Shown one piece after another: positions 23,437 to 26,586 of a stretch of DNA of 26,586 nt. The notes under the pieces were generated by a model. That model worked only from the letters and a program-made list of their open reading frames with translations, had not been told where the DNA came from and searched no databases. Each line of letters begins with the position of its first letter. The first letter of the stretch is position 1. This DNA comes from a virus (lineage: Duplodnaviria > Caudoviricetes): positions 1 through 26,586 of IMG/VR virus record IMGVR_UViG_3300016476_000344. One strand, written 5' to 3'. A program made the position numbers and the translations under genes.

Positions 23437-24776
23437 AACTCCAGGAATACCAACCCCGCGAGGTCTTCCAGCCATTGCACAAGCGCAGCAAGCGTTGGAC
23501 GGTGGTGGTTGCGCACCGGCGTGCTGGCAAAACGGTGGCGATGTGTGCGGACCTGGTGATCGGCGCGCTCGAGACGGCCCTGCCCAAGCCCCAATTTGCC
23601 TACCTCGCGCCCCAGCGCGACCAGGCCAAGCGGGTTGCCTGGGGCTACCTCAAGGAGTTGACCAAGGACTTCTGGGCGCGGCCGCCCAACGAGTCTGAGT
23701 TGAAGATCACGATCAACAACGGGCACGGGGGCGAGAGCACGATCTACGTGGCCGGCTCGGACAACTACGACGCCCTGCGGGGCATGTACTTCGACGGCGT
23801 GGTTTTGGATGAGGTGGGCGACATCCGGCCGTCTGCCTGGTACACGGTGCTGCGTCCGGCCCTGTCCGACCGGCGCGGCTGGGCCATTTTCGCCGGCACG
23901 CCCAAGGGCAAGAACCTGTTTTGGAACCTGCGGGAGGAAGCCCGCCTCAACAAAGAAACCCACCTGCTGCTGGAACTGCCCGCGAGCAAGACCGGGATCA
24001 TCCATCCCGAGGAACTGCGCGACGCCAAGGCGCAGATGACCGAGGAGGCGTTTGCGGTCGAGTACGAGTGCTCGTTTGACGCGGCCATCCCTGGCGCGTA
24101 CTACGCCAAGTTGATCGGCGAGGCGTATGAGCAGGGCCGGATCGCCACTTTCCCGGTGGACCCCGAGTTCCCGGTCAACTTGGTGGCCGACCTGGGGTTC
24201 ACCGACAGCTGCAGCTGGTGGGGTTGGCAGGAGACTCGGGACGGGTACCGGGTGGTGGACTTCATGGAGGACGACAACCAGCCGATCCAGTACTACATCG
24301 ACTGGGTGAAGTCCCGGCCGTACAAGGTCAACCCGCGGGGGATCTTCCTGCCGCACGACGCCCGCGCCAAGTCGCTGCAGACCGGCAAGTCGATCATCGA
24401 GCAGTTTCTGTCCAACGGTATCCGGCCGAACCTGGTGCCCGAGATGTCGCTGCAGGACGGCATCGAGGCGGCGCGTCTGATCCTGCCCAGTTGCTACTTT
24501 GACGAGAAGGCCACCTACGACGGGGTGGAGCACCTGCGCGCTTACATGCGGGAGTGGGACGAGCGCACGCAGACGTACCGTAACAAGCCCAAGCACGACC
24601 AACACTCGCACGCCAGCGACTCGTTCCGGTACCTCGCGCTTGCGTGCCGGCCGGTGGGGAAATCGCAAGGGGGGCATAAAATCCCTGCACAGGACAAGCC
24701 GAAGGGGGCCACTTACGCCTTTTCGCTTGAAGACATCTGGGATTGCGGTCCCCAGGCATCACAAAGGATCGGATGA
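23433..24776 (+). CDS. terL: Terminase large subunit
   Basis: AHRRAGKT Walker A, LRGMYFDGVVLDE Walker B, GTPKG, nuclease ADLG ... PHD ... HASDSFRY. Confidence 0.95.
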   Translation: MKLQEYQPREVFQPLHKRSKRWTVVVAHRRAGKTVAMCADLVIGALETALPKPQFAYLAPQRDQAKRVAWGYLKELTKDFWARPPNESELKITINNGHGGESTIYVAGSDNYDALRGMYFDGVVLDEVGDIRPSAWYTVLRPALSDRRGWAIFAGTPKGKNLFWNLREEARLNKETHLLLELPASKTGIIHPEELRDAKAQMTEEAFAVEYECSFDAAIPGAYYAKLIGEAYEQGRIATFPVDPEFPVNLVADLGFTDSCSWWGWQETRDGYRVVDFMEDDNQPIQYYIDWVKSRPYKVNPRGIFLPHDARAKSLQTGKSIIEQFLSNGIRPNLVPEMSLQDGIEAARLILPSCYFDEKATYDGVEHLRAYMREWDERTQTYRNKPKHDQHSHASDSFRYLALACRPVGKSQGGHKIPAQDKPKGATYAFSLEDIWDCGPQASQRIG

Positions 24777-26586
24777 TGGACCCGACAAGCAAAATCACCA
24801 GCGCGAGCGATTTTCAGAACACCCCCGTGGGGCTGGCGCAGCGCTGGAGCACCGAGATCGAGGCCGCGCGCCAGGAACTCGGCAATTTCCACAAGGACGC
24901 CAACCGCATCACGCAGCGGTACCTGGACAAGCGCGACGCCTACGCCAAGGACGAGAGCAAGGTCAACCTGTTCTGGTCCACGATGAAGGTTCTGCTGTCC
25001 ATGCTGTACGCCCGGCCGCCCAAGGCCGACGTGGCGCGCAAGTACCAGGACTACGAGGACGACCAGGCGCGCGTGGCGAGCACGATCCTGCAGCGCCTGC
25101 TCAATTCCGGGTTTGACGACAACGTCACGACCTGGGACGCGGCCGTGCGTCAGGGCATCGAGGACTGGCTGGTGGTGGGTCTTGGTCAGATCTGGCTGCG
25201 CTACGAGGTCAAGACCGAGGAGTACGAGATCCCGGCCGTGTTCGATGAACTGGGCCAGGAGATCGCCCCGGCCGAGATGGCCGAGCGAATCGTGGACGAG
25301 GACGCGCCCTGCGACTACATCTACTGGGAGGACTTCTTCTGGTCCCCGGCCCGCGTGTGGCATGAGGTGCGCTGGGTGGCCCGGCGCGTGTACATGACCA
25401 AGGACCAGCTGGTCGAGCGCTTTGGCGAGGAGATCGCCAAGGTGGTGCCGATGGGCAGCACCGGCCGCAAGGAGAACGTCAACGACCAGTCGCCCAAGCA
25501 CGACCCGTGGTCCAAAGCCGAGGTGTACGAGGTCTGGTGCAAGGAAAGCAGGAAGGTCTACTGGTACGCCAAGGGCGCCGAAGTGATCCTGGACGTGAAG
25601 GACGACCCGCTTGGCCTGGACGGGTTTTTCCCGTGTCCCAAGCCGGTGGCCGCCAACGTCACCAGTTCCAACTTCATGCCCCGCGCCGACTACATCTTTG
25701 CTCAAGATCAGTTCAATGAGCTTGATGAGATCAACACCCGCATCACCTGGCTCACGCGTGCGGCCAAGGTGGTTGGCGTGTACGACAAGTCGGCCGACGG
25801 CATCCAGCGCGTGTTCCAGCAGGGCGCCGAGAACCAACTGATCCCGGTGGACAACTGGGCGCTGTTTGCCGAGAAGGGTGGCATCAAGGGCCAGGTGGAC
25901 TGGGTGCCGATTGAGCAGGTGGTCAACGCCATCAATCAGCTGCGCCAGTACCGCCAGGACAAGGTCATGCAGATCTACGAGGTGCTGGGCATCTCGGACG
26001 TGATGCGTGGCTCAAGCCGCGCCAGCGAGACGGCCACGGCGCAGCAGATCAAGGCCCAGTTCGGCAGCACGCGCATTCAGCTGATGCAGTTCTACATCGC
26101 CGACTGGATCTCGAGCGCACTGCGCATCAAGGCTGAGATCATCTGCAAGCACTGGCAGCCCGAGACGATCATCAAGCGCAGCAACATCGAGCGCACGCCC
26201 GACGCGCAGCTGGCACTGCAGGCCGTGCAGCTACTCAAGGACGAAGAGATGGCCCAGTACCGCATCACGGTCGAGGCCGACAGCATGGCCGCGCTGGACT
26301 GGGCGGCCGAGCGCGACGCGGCCGTGCAGTTCATGCAGGGCCTGGGCGCGTTCGTGTCCCAGGTGGCGCCAATGGCCCAGCAGGTGCCGGGCGCTGCGCC
26401 TGTGCTGCTGTCGCTGCTGCAGTGGAGCGTGAGCAAGTTCCGCGTGAGCACGCAGATCGAGTCGATCCTTGACCAGGCCATCACGGGTCTGAAGCAGCAG
26501 GGCATGCAGCAGCAGCAGCCCAACCCGATGCAGATCGCCGAGGTCGAGGAGAAAAAAGCCGGCACGGCCGAGCGCATGGCCAAGGC
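24773..26586 (+). CDS. Portal protein (partial, runs off the window end; not in ORF track)
   Basis: ATGATG at 24773 after AAGGA: MMDPTSK...NLFWSTMKVLLSMLYARPPKADV...FFPCPKP...ETATAQQIKAQFG...; follows terL; appears open to the last base. Confidence 0.88.
   Translation, partial: MMDPTSKITSASDFQNTPVGLAQRWSTEIEAARQELGNFHKDANRITQRYLDKRDAYAKDESKVNLFWSTMKVLLSMLYARPPKADVARKYQDYEDDQARVASTILQRLLNSGFDDNVTTWDAAVRQGIEDWLVVGLGQIWLRYEVKTEEYEIPAVFDELGQEIAPAEMAERIVDEDAPCDYIYWEDFFWSPARVWHEVRWVARRVYMTKDQLVERFGEEIAKVVPMGSTGRKENVNDQSPKHDPWSKAEVYEVWCKESRKVYWYAKGAEVILDVKDDPLGLDGFFPCPKPVAANVTSSNFMPRADYIFAQDQFNELDEINTRITWLTRAAKVVGVYDKSADGIQRVFQQGAENQLIPVDNWALFAEKGGIKGQVDWVPIEQVVNAINQLRQYRQDKVMQIYEVLGISDVMRGSSRASETATAQQIKAQFGSTRIQLMQFYIADWISSALRIKAEIICKHWQPETIIKRSNIERTPDAQLALQAVQLLKDEEMAQYRITVEADSMAALDWAAERDAAVQFMQGLGAFVSQVAPMAQQVPGAAPVLLSLLQWSVSKFRVSTQIESILDQAITGLKQQGMQQQQPNPMQIAEVEEKKAGTAERMAK

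Larger units (their letters stand above)
1..26586. mobile_element. Temperate tailed phage genome segment (podovirus-like), non-integrated form
   Basis: Only phage modules are present (ejection proteins, tail fibre, lysis, attP/int, recombination, switch, replication, packaging, portal) and no host genes. The att core has phage arm sites on both sides. Confidence 0.95.

Noticed and set aside
1-26586. Alternative genetic code / stop-codon recoding
   Set aside because: Standard-code ORFs tile the window densely with normal overlaps.

Overview
The whole window is part of a GC-rich, podovirus-like temperate phage genome in its non-integrated form, probably infecting a Proteobacterium (Burkholderiales-like is inferred, not proven). 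Plus strand 1-10702: end of a GNAT-like virion gene, four DNA-ejection/pilot-type genes, a mosaic tail fibre with a C-terminal autocleaving chaperone, an HNH-AP2 endonuclease, two small tail-associated genes and a holin/SAR-endolysin/Rz/Rz1 lysis cassette. Next is an intact attP: the 3' half of tRNA-Cys(GCA) flanked on both sides by TGTGCC arm-type repeats. Minus strand 10845-18529: tyrosine integrase, RuvC-like resolvase, small accessory genes, a degenerate HNH-HTH protein, a wHTH protein and a Cas4-like nuclease/DUF669 SSB/Sak4-like recombination module. Then a divergent switch region, a Cro-like HTH gene, a primase-helicase fusion, a probable origin with a DnaA box, terS, terL and a portal gene running off the window end. 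Main observations: (1) the CI-like repressor gene appears reduced to an out-of-frame fusion of its first 10 codons and last ~46 codons; (2) a 17-bp palindromic operator recurs at 8 control points, including the integrase, lysis and terminase genes; (3) small accessory genes are bounded by direct repeats of the RBS/ATGA junction; (4) a candidate structured ncRNA lies at 16284-16401. All calls come from reading the sequence and recalling protein families; no searches were run.
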